From Gammaproteobacteria bacterium (GTDB lineage Bacteria; Pseudomonadota; Gammaproteobacteria; Ga0077536): 64,000 nt of DNA. A model generated the notes under the pieces. The model did no database searches. It was given only the letters and a program-made list of their open reading frames with translations, and was not told the origin of the DNA. The stretch is taken from assembly GCA_963662545.2 (NCBI GenBank), contig CAXXLL010000003.1, positions 480,001-544,000 of the forward strand, given 5' to 3'. The position numbers and the translations under genes were made by a program. This document shows, piece after piece, positions 8,900 through 17,323 of the stretch. The number at the start of each line of letters is the position of its first letter. Position 1 is the first letter of the stretch.

Positions 8900-9427
8900 T
8901 CAAGAAGCGTCTGGCATGGGCGTCGTCACCACGCGAACACGACCGTCTTCACCCGCGGAAAACTTATCGTCGTCCAACGCGTATTCGATGGACGGACTGC
9001 GAATTGACTGACGCCCCCTCACAACGACGGCCTCTCCCTCGAGCTTGACGGTGCGGCCGTTGGGCTCGAACTCGATATGCTGGCCTCTGCCGTCGAAGAT
9101 TTCTCCGTCATTGGAGCGGCTGACGGATATACGTGCGGGATCGCCGTCGACGACGATCCGGTCCGGGTCTTCCAGCTTGCCAAAAATGTCACCGCGGTTC
9201 GCGTCGATCCGCCATTCGGGCGCCCGCAATTCCAAGCCGCCCTGCAGAAACATGGCGCTGCCGTTTTCTGCTTCGTGCGCTTCGCGGGCGCGCACGATGA
9301 TGGCGTCGTCCAGAATTGCGTAGACGTTCTCAGCATGCACGGACTGACACACGCCGGCAATCGTCACGACCGATATTGCCAGCCGTTTCAGCGCTGATTC
9401 GATCGACAGTTGATTTGACAACCTCAC
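8900..9427 (-). CDS. LptA/OstA-like periplasmic beta-jellyroll lipid transport protein
   Basis: Signal peptide ending SVHA|EN, then beta-rich repeats (G.PA, G..IEF, V.LEG.A.V.RG, IEY). Divergent from lptFG. Start codon uncertain. Confidence 0.7.
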   Translation of the reverse strand: MRLSNQLSIESALKRLAISVVTIAGVCQSVHAENVYAILDDAIIVRAREAHEAENGSAMFLQGGLELRAPEWRIDANRGDIFGKLEDPDRIVVDGDPARISVSRSNDGEIFDGRGQHIEFEPNGRTVKLEGEAVVVRGRQSIRSPSIEYALDDDKFSAGEDGRVRVVTTPMPDAS

Positions 9428-9456
9428 CTGCTCATCATAGCGGATGCGCCGGTAAT

Positions 9457-9506
9457 AGAACCTATCTCAAAATTATCCGCATGTGGATAATATTGAGATA
9501 GGTTGT
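9457..9506. repeat. 50-bp near-perfect palindrome: minimal family C element containing head-to-head DnaA-box-like 9-mers
   Basis: AGAACCTATCTCAAAATTATCCGCA|TGTGGATAATATTGAGATAGGTTGT; ends resemble the termini of the 34291-34467 MITE. Confidence 0.75.
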
Positions 9507-9534
9507 AACCATCTTCGTCGCCTTTCCATATGCC

Positions 9535-10590
9535 GTGCTTTTCGATCGCTATCTAATCCGCGAAATCAGCTTGAGTTCCATCGGCGTGGCTATGGCGCTC
9601 ATCGCAATTTTTCTCGCATACAGCTTGAGTCAATTCCTGACCGACGCGGCGAGCGGGCTTTTTAAGGCCGCGGAGGTCGCGCACTTGACGTTCTTCAAAT
9701 CCCTGATCGCTCTCGAAGTACTGTTGCCGCTGGCATTTTATTTCGGGCTCATCGTCGGATTCGGCCGCCTCAATAACCATACCGAAATCATCGCTATGCA
9801 CGCCTCCGGAGTCAGCCGCAATCGACTGCATCGCCCTTTGATCCTGCTGAGCATACTGCTCGCGACGGCGGTTGGCACACTGTCGATCGTAGTGAGGCCG
9901 TGGGCGTACGACGCCATGTACGAGCTGCGGGCGCAGGCAAAGGCGACTTCGGAGCTGAGCCGTATCCGCTCTCAGCGGTTTTACCTGTTCGAGGAGGAAA
10001 ATCGTGCCATTTACATTGAGGACATCGGTAAGAATGGAAAGGAACTCGCTGGGATTTTTATTCGGAATCGTGAAGCGAACGATGTAGAAGTCATTACATC
10101 GACCACGGGGCGATTGGAATCCTTCGTGACCGATACTCGACATCGGCTCGTGTTAAACGATGCGAGCATTTATAAAAGCACGGCCGACGCATCGGACTTT
10201 TACGGAAGGTTCGACACCCTGACGATATTTCTCAACGCCGAACGCAGCGTCGCGCGTGATTATCGGGCAAAAGCGGAGACTACCTCGGCACTGTCCATCT
10301 CAAAGCTGGCCTACGACCGTGCGGAATTTCAATGGCGTCTATCGACGCCGGTGTCAACATTTCTACTCGCACTGACCGCACTCAGGCTGGTCGATTCCAA
10401 ACCCCGCGAGGGCCGCTATACCAGAATACCGGTCGCTATCGGCATATATGCGGTCTACTACAATCTGCTCGGCGTCGGCCGGACCTGGGTCGAGCACGAA
10501 ACCTTGCCAAGCATCTGGTGGGTACCAGCACTTCTCGCATGCGCGATCGCCATGATGTCGGTCCGCCCGCACGCGAGCCGGCGAAGATGA
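9535..10590 (+). CDS. lptF: LptF-like permease (paralog in sphingolipid locus)
   Basis: DRYLIREI, GRL..TEIIAMHASGVS, AEFQWRLSTP, PREGRY; 3+3 TM layout. Confidence 0.85.
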   Translation: MLFDRYLIREISLSSIGVAMALIAIFLAYSLSQFLTDAASGLFKAAEVAHLTFFKSLIALEVLLPLAFYFGLIVGFGRLNNHTEIIAMHASGVSRNRLHRPLILLSILLATAVGTLSIVVRPWAYDAMYELRAQAKATSELSRIRSQRFYLFEEENRAIYIEDIGKNGKELAGIFIRNREANDVEVITSTTGRLESFVTDTRHRLVLNDASIYKSTADASDFYGRFDTLTIFLNAERSVARDYRAKAETTSALSISKLAYDRAEFQWRLSTPVSTFLLALTALRLVDSKPREGRYTRIPVAIGIYAVYYNLLGVGRTWVEHETLPSIWWVPALLACAIAMMSVRPHASRRR

Positions 10591-11651
10591 CGATCGTCGA
10601 ACGTTACCTCGCTCTCAATTTCGTAAAGGCGGCCGGCTTGGTGCTGATGCTGTTGTTGGCGCTGTTCAGCTTCTTGGGCTTTGCCGAGGCGTTGGAAGAC
10701 GTCGGCAGTGGAAGCTTTACCACCGCGGATGCCGTTTCCGTCGTTTTTCTCACCACCCCGAAACGAATTGCCGACTTATTGCCGGTCAGTGCCTTTCTCG
10801 GGGCCTTACTCGGACTGGGCGCGATGGCCAACCACCGCGAAATAATCGTGATGCGAATCGCCGGCCTGTCGCCCTGGCGGCTTGCGCGCGGTCCATGCGC
10901 TGCCGCCTTCGGACTGATATTCGTCACCGTCATTTTGCAGAATTACGTCATTCCGACGGTCGAACGCCAGGCTCAGGAATTCCGTTCCAAAACTCTGCCC
11001 CAGACGGCGCTAGGGGGCGGAACTGAATTCTGGAGCCGGCACGACAATCGATTTATCCGGGTCGGCGGCGTCGAGTTTGGACGCATTCCACAAGAGATTG
11101 AAATTTATGAAATCGGGCCGCACGGTCGTTTGCAGCGTATGCTGCAGGCACACAGGGCGGACATTATCGATGAGCAGACATGGATGCTGTTCGGGGTGCA
11201 AGAGAAAATTCTGGGGGACGATGCCATCAGGTACCGCGTCCTCGACGAACTCGAATGGCAGAGTTTTCTGAGCCGCGAGCAGTTGTCCACGCTGCAGGCT
11301 CCGGCTTATTCGCTGTCGTCCACCGATCTCTATCGTTATATCCGTGCGATGGAGGGCAGCGGTGTCAACACCCGCCAATACGAATCGATCTTCTGGCGGC
11401 AGGTCAGCGTACCGGTGGCATTGCTCGCGATGACTCTACTCGGCCTGCCTTTCGTAATCGGATCGGTGCAATCACATTCCAGTGGATTCCGGGTCGTCAT
11501 TGGTGCTGCCGTTGGGATCGGATTTTATCTACTCGAACAGATGACCGGGCACCTCTCCACGATATTGGAAATTCCCGCCGCTCCGTCGGCCCTGTTGCCT
11601 GCAATACTGGCACTGATCGCCGCACTGATTGGACTCAAACGCTTGTCTTAA
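10587..11651 (+). CDS. lptG: LptG-like permease (paralog in sphingolipid locus)
   Basis: ATGA overlap with lptF. ERYLA, LLPVSAFLGALLGLG.MA.HREI.VMR.AG.S, LS..DLYRYI. Confidence 0.85.
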   Translation: MTIVERYLALNFVKAAGLVLMLLLALFSFLGFAEALEDVGSGSFTTADAVSVVFLTTPKRIADLLPVSAFLGALLGLGAMANHREIIVMRIAGLSPWRLARGPCAAAFGLIFVTVILQNYVIPTVERQAQEFRSKTLPQTALGGGTEFWSRHDNRFIRVGGVEFGRIPQEIEIYEIGPHGRLQRMLQAHRADIIDEQTWMLFGVQEKILGDDAIRYRVLDELEWQSFLSREQLSTLQAPAYSLSSTDLYRYIRAMEGSGVNTRQYESIFWRQVSVPVALLAMTLLGLPFVIGSVQSHSSGFRVVIGAAVGIGFYLLEQMTGHLSTILEIPAAPSALLPAILALIAALIGLKRLS

Positions 11652-11668
11652 TGGGCGCTGACCACGCT

Positions 11669-12547
11669 TCAAGCGTACCGCTTCTCGATCCCCCAGCTCT
11701 GCTCCGACAATACGATCGCCGTGCCGTTGTCATCGACAGATTTGAGTCTGCCCGTCACCTGCCATTGCGTCTCGCTTGCTTGAACGTCGAAGGTGCGAAA
11801 CGATGCGCGGTTGCGCCCAGAAACGCGTGAAGCGGAAGCGCTGGCCATGACGCGCGTGCGGTCTTCGACGACCGTTTCGCGATTACAGTGAACGTGACCG
11901 TGCAATACGAGTTCGACACCATGCTTCCGTATCAAACCTTCTAGCAGCGCAGCATCGGCGAGCGCCTTACGCCGCGGAACTTGACCGACGAGCGGCGGAT
12001 GATGTAGACCGAGGCAGCGAAAGGTCCCGCTTGTCTCGTGCAGAATACGGTCGAGCTTTTCGATCTGGGCACGGCCGATTTTTCCGCCGGCCGACCATAT
12101 CGGCATTGGCAGCGCCGAAGATAATCCGATGAACGATACCAAGCCTTTATGAAGTACGCTTGGAAATCCATTGTGATCATTGGGTTGGATGTTGAGGAAC
12201 CGGGCCCACTGCTCATAGACATGATCGATGGAGTCGGACCGATAACAGTCGTGATTGCCCGGGACCAGCACGACCTGCGTGTGCTCGCTCAGCTGCTCCA
12301 GCCATTCGCGTGCGCGAGCGGTTTCCGCGGGCAACCCGAGGTGGACGAGATCCCCCGTGACGAAAGTGACGTCCGGATCATCGGCAATAAGTGCGCACGT
12401 GATTCGACCCAGCATCTCTGCACGATACTGGCGGCGCCGGTTGCGCCACCATGACAGATAGCCCAACCGGCGCTTACCTTTGAGCGCGAACGGCGATATG
12501 CCATCGAGCGATGTCAGGTGCGGGTCGGTCAGATGAGCGATGCGCAT
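11669..12547 (-). CDS. Metallophosphoesterase (calcineurin-like)
   Basis: DPH, TGDL, PGNHD, HHPP and HGHVH metal-binding motifs. Confidence 0.9.
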   Translation of the reverse strand: MRIAHLTDPHLTSLDGISPFALKGKRRLGYLSWWRNRRRQYRAEMLGRITCALIADDPDVTFVTGDLVHLGLPAETARAREWLEQLSEHTQVVLVPGNHDCYRSDSIDHVYEQWARFLNIQPNDHNGFPSVLHKGLVSFIGLSSALPMPIWSAGGKIGRAQIEKLDRILHETSGTFRCLGLHHPPLVGQVPRRKALADAALLEGLIRKHGVELVLHGHVHCNRETVVEDRTRVMASASASRVSGRNRASFRTFDVQASETQWQVTGRLKSVDDNGTAIVLSEQSWGIEKRYA

Positions 12548-12564
12548 GTGCGCCTATTGGAACT

Positions 12565-12594
12565 TTGCCGATGTATGATATAAGCGATTATAAT
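12565..12594 (+). promoter_or_regulatory. Putative sigma70 promoter TTGCCG-N18-TATAAT
   Basis: Consensus -10 hexamer 40 bp upstream of the CDP-alcohol phosphotransferase ATG. Confidence 0.5.
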
Positions 12595-12633
12595 CAAAAG
12601 GTTTTTTAGCGACGCGAGAGCTTGCAGTATAGC

Positions 12634-13827
12634 ATGGGCACGGCCGCCTACATCGTGGGATCTACGGACCAGCAACTCTGGGGCATTACCTCACGTGAAC
12701 GCATTGAACGGCAGCTTCGCGCAGCGGGGATCGACAAAATCACCGATGATCTTTGCTGGTCGGCCGGTACGGATAGCGTGCTTCTTTTAAACGCCGGATA
12801 CCTGTTCGAAGTGCGCACGCTCGTCGGACTTATACAGCACCGGCAGACCCTGCTCGAGTGCGCGGAAGACGAGAATATCGCAGCGGCGCATGTCGACACC
12901 GCACGCGCCATCGCATGCCTCGATGTCATCACTCACGCAAACGCAACACGCCCGCCCGATATGGCCGTCTTGAAACCGCAGAGTTTAGACGGCTTCGACG
13001 GAGATTTACGCAAGGTCGAACCGCCATTACTGAAGCCGGTCACGGCCGAGAATCGAATCCTACTGGAAGACCATTTGTATGGTAATTCGTACAAGGGCAT
13101 AACAGATTTGGTGACCAAGTGGTTATGGCCGCGTCCCGCAAGACACTTCGTCAAATGGTGCACCCTGGCCGGTATTTCACCGAACATGGTGACCGTCACC
13201 AGTTTGTTCCTGGTTATCGCGGCAAGCTGGTTGTTCTTGCACGGTCATTATGCGAGTGGTCTTGCATGCGGCTGGGTGATGACACTGCTCGACACGGTCG
13301 ATGGCAAGCTCGCGCGCGTCACGATCCGAAGCAGCCGCTTCGGCCACGTGCTGGATCACGGGATGGATATCATTCACCCACCGTTCTGGTATGTGTTCTG
13401 GGGAATGGGTCTCGCGGGTTTCGAGAGTTTCTTCGGTGTCGGGCGCCCAGAGCTCTACTGGCTGATCGTCGTCGGCTACATTGCAGGCCGTGTGATCGAA
13501 GCCCTATTCCATGCGTTGGGCCATTGCAGCATGTTCGCGTGGCGGCCATTCGACGCCTACTTCCGCCTCTACACGGCACGCCGGAACCCCTGCTTGATCA
13601 TTCTCACGGCCGCACTGTTGATCGGGCGTCCCGACATTGGATTGTTCGGGGTCGCGCTGTGGACGATCGTGAGCAGCGCGATCATGCTTGTTCGCCTCGT
13701 CTATGCCACAGGGGTGCGAATTCGAAGCGAACCACTGGAATCATGGCTCAAGGATCCAGCTGCAGCACAAGCGAAACACGCCGCAGCCTACGAGACCTTT
13801 TCGGGCACCCGTCGCGCTTATGGATGA
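12634..13827 (+). CDS. CDP-alcohol phosphatidyltransferase family protein (CpgC-like)
   Basis: YKGITDLVTKWLWP, SPNMVT, DTVDGKLAR....S..G..LD...D signature. Confidence 0.88.
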   Translation: MGTAAYIVGSTDQQLWGITSRERIERQLRAAGIDKITDDLCWSAGTDSVLLLNAGYLFEVRTLVGLIQHRQTLLECAEDENIAAAHVDTARAIACLDVITHANATRPPDMAVLKPQSLDGFDGDLRKVEPPLLKPVTAENRILLEDHLYGNSYKGITDLVTKWLWPRPARHFVKWCTLAGISPNMVTVTSLFLVIAASWLFLHGHYASGLACGWVMTLLDTVDGKLARVTIRSSRFGHVLDHGMDIIHPPFWYVFWGMGLAGFESFFGVGRPELYWLIVVGYIAGRVIEALFHALGHCSMFAWRPFDAYFRLYTARRNPCLIILTAALLIGRPDIGLFGVALWTIVSSAIMLVRLVYATGVRIRSEPLESWLKDPAAAQAKHAAAYETFSGTRRAYG

Positions 13828-14740
13828 TAGCCCGCTGATCCTCGATCTCGATCATGATGCGGACGCGGACCTATGGGTCCGCCTATTCGTCACCGAACTA
13901 ATCGACCGACACGGCGATGCCGTGTCCGCAATTCTCCTTTACGGTTCACACGTACGCGGCAAACGAGATACCGTGCTCGACTTCTATGTGCTGCTGAACG
14001 ACTACACTCAGGGTATTACTGGAGTTTTTCATCAGATCGCTAACCGCATATTGCCGCCGAACGTTTACCATTTGACCTTGGAAAAAGGCGATCGAAGTTG
14101 CGCCGCGAAGTTTGCGACAGTCACGCTCGCGCAATTTGAACACGGGATCAGCCGTCGGTTTCATTCCTACTTTTGGGCACGTTTTGCGCAACCCTTTGTC
14201 CTCGCTTACGCGCGGAACGCATCGGTCAAGCAGCGCCTGAGGGACGCCGGACGCGCCGCGGCACGCCGCATGATGGAGTCGGTCATTCCGGTGCTGCCGC
14301 CGGAATTTTCGACCGAAGCATTGTGGCAGCGTGCCTTTGCGCTTACTTATGATTGTGAGCTTCGAGCCGAAGGCAACGGCAAGGCTGCAGAATTGTTCGC
14401 CGCATACGCCGTGCCCTTGGCGGCGGTTACCGACGCGCTAGCACCAGAATTGGCATTATCCAGGAGCGGTGAACAGCGCTGGCGATCCGAGCTGTCCGGT
14501 GCGCGCCGTCACGCGGCCACATGGTCCTGGCGGCTGCGTCGTGTCGAGGGAAAACTGCTGTCCGTCGCGCGCTTGTTCAAGGCGGCCTTCACCTTTAATG
14601 ACCCGCTCGACTACATCCTGTGGAAGGTTGAACGCCACTCCGGTATCCATATGGAACCGACCGCCCTGCAGCGCCGCCACCCTTTGATTTTCTCCTGGGG
14701 TCTTCTGTGGCGACTCTATCGTCTCGGCGGATTCAAATAA
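13820..14740 (+). CDS. Nucleotidyltransferase-fold protein (phosphatidate cytidylyltransferase/Tam41-like)
   Basis: LYGS..R....VLDFYVL (Pol-beta type GS..DxD variant), LPPNVY, WARFAQP, ELRAE, KAAFTF...DYILWK.ERHSG. Confidence 0.6.
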   Translation: MDDSPLILDLDHDADADLWVRLFVTELIDRHGDAVSAILLYGSHVRGKRDTVLDFYVLLNDYTQGITGVFHQIANRILPPNVYHLTLEKGDRSCAAKFATVTLAQFEHGISRRFHSYFWARFAQPFVLAYARNASVKQRLRDAGRAAARRMMESVIPVLPPEFSTEALWQRAFALTYDCELRAEGNGKAAELFAAYAVPLAAVTDALAPELALSRSGEQRWRSELSGARRHAATWSWRLRRVEGKLLSVARLFKAAFTFNDPLDYILWKVERHSGIHMEPTALQRRHPLIFSWGLLWRLYRLGGFK

Positions 14741-14741
14741 A

Positions 14742-14902
14742 GGAACCTCTGAATAAGTCATGATGCGTCTGAATGGTTCATGAACAGTGCAGATCAAGGC
14801 ACGAATCGCAGGCCATAGCGGGGACTAGGGCTAAGGTTCGTAACGCCGAACTGCGCGATTTCACGGACAAGGCAGATGTACCATGACCTATTCAGAGGTT
14901 CC
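14742..14902. mobile_element. MITE family A copy 1 (161 bp)
   Basis: TIR GGAACCTCTGAATAAGTCATG...CATGACCTATTCAGAGGTTCC flanked by TAAA/TAAA. Inserted at the stop codon of the 13820-14740 gene. Confidence 0.85.
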
Positions 14903-14923
14903 TAAACGTTACGCCGCATCGCC

Positions 14924-16094
14924 TCAGATCCCCAATTCTCGGGTGACGCCGGCGAAGGCGTCGATGATGGCGTCGATTTGCGCGACGGTATGGGCGGCGG
15001 TCACGCTGCACCGGATGAGGCTACCACCGTCGGGGGCGGCGGGCGGCAAAATCAGGTTGGTGTAGACACCGACCGCCAATAACGCCTGCCACCCGATCGT
15101 TCAGTGCGATGCCGATGACCGGACTGATGTGCGGGCCGACATTGAGCTGTAGTTTTTCGAGCGCGGGATAAAGACGGTTTGCGTTTGCCCATACCCTCTC
15201 ACGCAGCTCGGGACGGTTCTGTATCTGTCGCAATGCTTCGCGGGTGGTTGCGACAACCGAGGGGCACGGCGACGCCGTGAATATGTAGGGCCGGCTGGCG
15301 TAACGAAAAAGCGTCAGCTCTTCATGGCGGCTTGCGCAGAATCCCCCGATGGATCCAAGGCTCTTGCTGAATGTGCCAACGATGAAGTCTACGGCCTCCT
15401 CGACCTCCATGTGTTCGGCAAGCCCGCGACCGTGGTCGCCATAAATCCCCAATGAGTGCGCTTCGTCGACAAAGAGATAGCCGCCGTATTCGGCTTTGAC
15501 CTCCGCAAACTCGGCCAAAGGTGCACAGTCCCCGCGGATGCTGTAGAGCCCCTCGACGACGATCAAGGCATCGCGAGCGCGCTCACCGAGACGGCGCATG
15601 CGATTGGCGAGGCCGCCGGGATCGTTGTGCTTGAAACGATACACATCGGCACCGCTCAAACGGCAGCCATCGTACAAACTGGCATGCGCTTCTGCATCGA
15701 GCAGAGCGGCATCGCCAGGTTCTAGAAGCGCTGCCAAAGCCCCGAGATTGGCCGCGTAGCCGGTCGAAAACACCATCGCATACGGCGTTCCAAAAAATGC
15801 GGCCAACTCCTCTTCCAATTCCAGGTGCTCGCGATAAGTGCCATTGGCCATGCGTGACCCGGTCGTACCCGTGCCTGATTCCACAAGCGCCGCGCGACCG
15901 GCCTCGATGCAATCCGGATCAAAGGTTAATCCGAGGTAATTGTTCGACCCGGCCATGATCGTCGGTCGCCCGGCAATGACGGCTTCGGTTGCGGACAACA
16001 CGCGTTCAATTACAACGTTGGTAGGATTGACCGGTGCAGCGGACAGTTCATCGCGCACACGCGCCGCATTTGCGAACTTGTCGCTGAGGCTCAC
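14924..16094 (-). pseudogene. spt: Serine palmitoyltransferase, frameshifted near 15092 (real lesion or assembly error)
   Basis: GSNNYLGL, GTTGSR.ANG, HAS, DEAHS and GTFSKS (SPT-type PLP lysine motif). The C-terminus WQALLAVGVYTNLILPPAAP...LIRCSVTAAH...ELGI* continues in another frame to TGA at 14924. Confidence 0.85.
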
Positions 16095-16101
16095 TGTACG
16101 A

Positions 16102-16362
16102 TCAACCCTTCGCTAAGTTTTCCACGACGGCCGCCAGATCACTGATCGTATGTGCGTCGGCGAGTGCATCTTCCTTGATGACGAGATCGAAGCGGTCCTC
16201 AACCTCGCATAAATATTCGATGATCTGGATTGATTCGAGACCGAGATCGCCCACCAGACTGGTGTCGGGCGTAATAAGGGGCGGGTCATTCAGCGCAGCA
16301 CGGAGCAAGCGTATCAGCTCTTCTTCGATGGCACCGCGCTCGATCTTCAACTCAGAGTTCAA
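16102..16362 (-). CDS. Acyl carrier protein
   Basis: DLGLESIQ (phosphopantetheine serine), VEDRFD, TISDL. Probable TTG start after AGGGG. Confidence 0.85.
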   Translation of the reverse strand: MNSELKIERGAIEEELIRLLRAALNDPPLITPDTSLVGDLGLESIQIIEYLCEVEDRFDLVIKEDALADAHTISDLAAVVENLAKG

Positions 16363-16384
16363 GACCCATACTTCCCCTGTCAGT

Positions 16385-17323
16385 TTACGCGGCGAACAAC
16401 CGGTGCACGCCTTCTTCCAGCTGAACTTTAGGCGTCCAGCCGGTGATCGATGTGAACGGTCCATTATCGCAGAGCCAGCTTTCCTGAGAAAGCTCGCGCA
16501 CCTTGCCGGGCGTCAGCATGGGCGCGCGCCGCAGGCAGCGCGCGCTGAAAAGGTTGAGGTGGCCGAGTATCGCCAGGATCCGCCGCGGCACGACTACCTT
16601 CAAGATCGGGCGCCGGCCCTGGCTGGACGCAATGATGTCGGGCCAGCCGTAGCCGCCTTTGCGCCCGTCGTCGATTTCAAATATCCGTCCGGCACAGGGT
16701 TCCGGACAACGCAGCCAACTGACGACCGCGCTCACCAGATCATCGACGTGCAATAAGGACAAACGCTGGTGAGCCGGACCTACGATCAGCCCCAGACCGG
16801 CACGCATCGAGCGAAACAGAGGCAGCATTTCCCTGTCACCCGGACCATAGACCGCAGGCGGGCGCAGGATCGCCCACTCGATCCCCTCGAAGGCCTTGAG
16901 CACACGTTCGCCTTCGCGTTTGCTGCGCGCATAGTGGGAGAGTTCCGGGCGCGTGGCCGCCAAAGACGAGATCAAGAGCAGGCGCGCAGCGGGAGAACGA
17001 TCGGAAATCGCCTCGCAAACGGTCCGTAAACCGTCGACGTTGGCTGCCGCAAAATCACTAAAATCACGCCCACGAACGGCGCCCGCAGCATAAATGACAG
17101 CGTCCACCCCATGCAGCGCTGCAGTGAGGCCGGGACCGTCATCAAGCGCAACTTCACTGACTTCAACGCCTTCGGCCACCCTGTCGCGGTTGCTAGAACG
17201 CGGCCGGACTAACGCGCGCACGGGGAAGCCGTCCGCCGCCAAGCGGCACTGAAGTTGAAATCCTATGAAGCCTGTTGCCCCAGTCAGGGCGATGCGTGAG
17301 GTGCCGCGAGAATCGTCACCCAT
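16385..17323 (-). CDS. Ceramide reductase (CerR)-like NAD-dependent epimerase/dehydratase
   Basis: TGATGFIG, SSLAA, YARSK (YxxxK), RPPAVYGPGD. Lies between the FAAL and acp-spt. Confidence 0.8.
   Translation of the reverse strand: MGDDSRGTSRIALTGATGFIGFQLQCRLAADGFPVRALVRPRSSNRDRVAEGVEVSEVALDDGPGLTAALHGVDAVIYAAGAVRGRDFSDFAAANVDGLRTVCEAISDRSPAARLLLISSLAATRPELSHYARSKREGERVLKAFEGIEWAILRPPAVYGPGDREMLPLFRSMRAGLGLIVGPAHQRLSLLHVDDLVSAVVSWLRCPEPCAGRIFEIDDGRKGGYGWPDIIASSQGRRPILKVVVPRRILAILGHLNLFSARCLRRAPMLTPGKVRELSQESWLCDNGPFTSITGWTPKVQLEEGVHRLFAA

Noticed and set aside
15021-16094. 357-aa ORF as a complete BioF/Kbl-type enzyme
   Set aside because: The GTFSKS motif and acp/cerR context indicate Spt, and the listed C-terminus is out-of-frame sequence after a frameshift.
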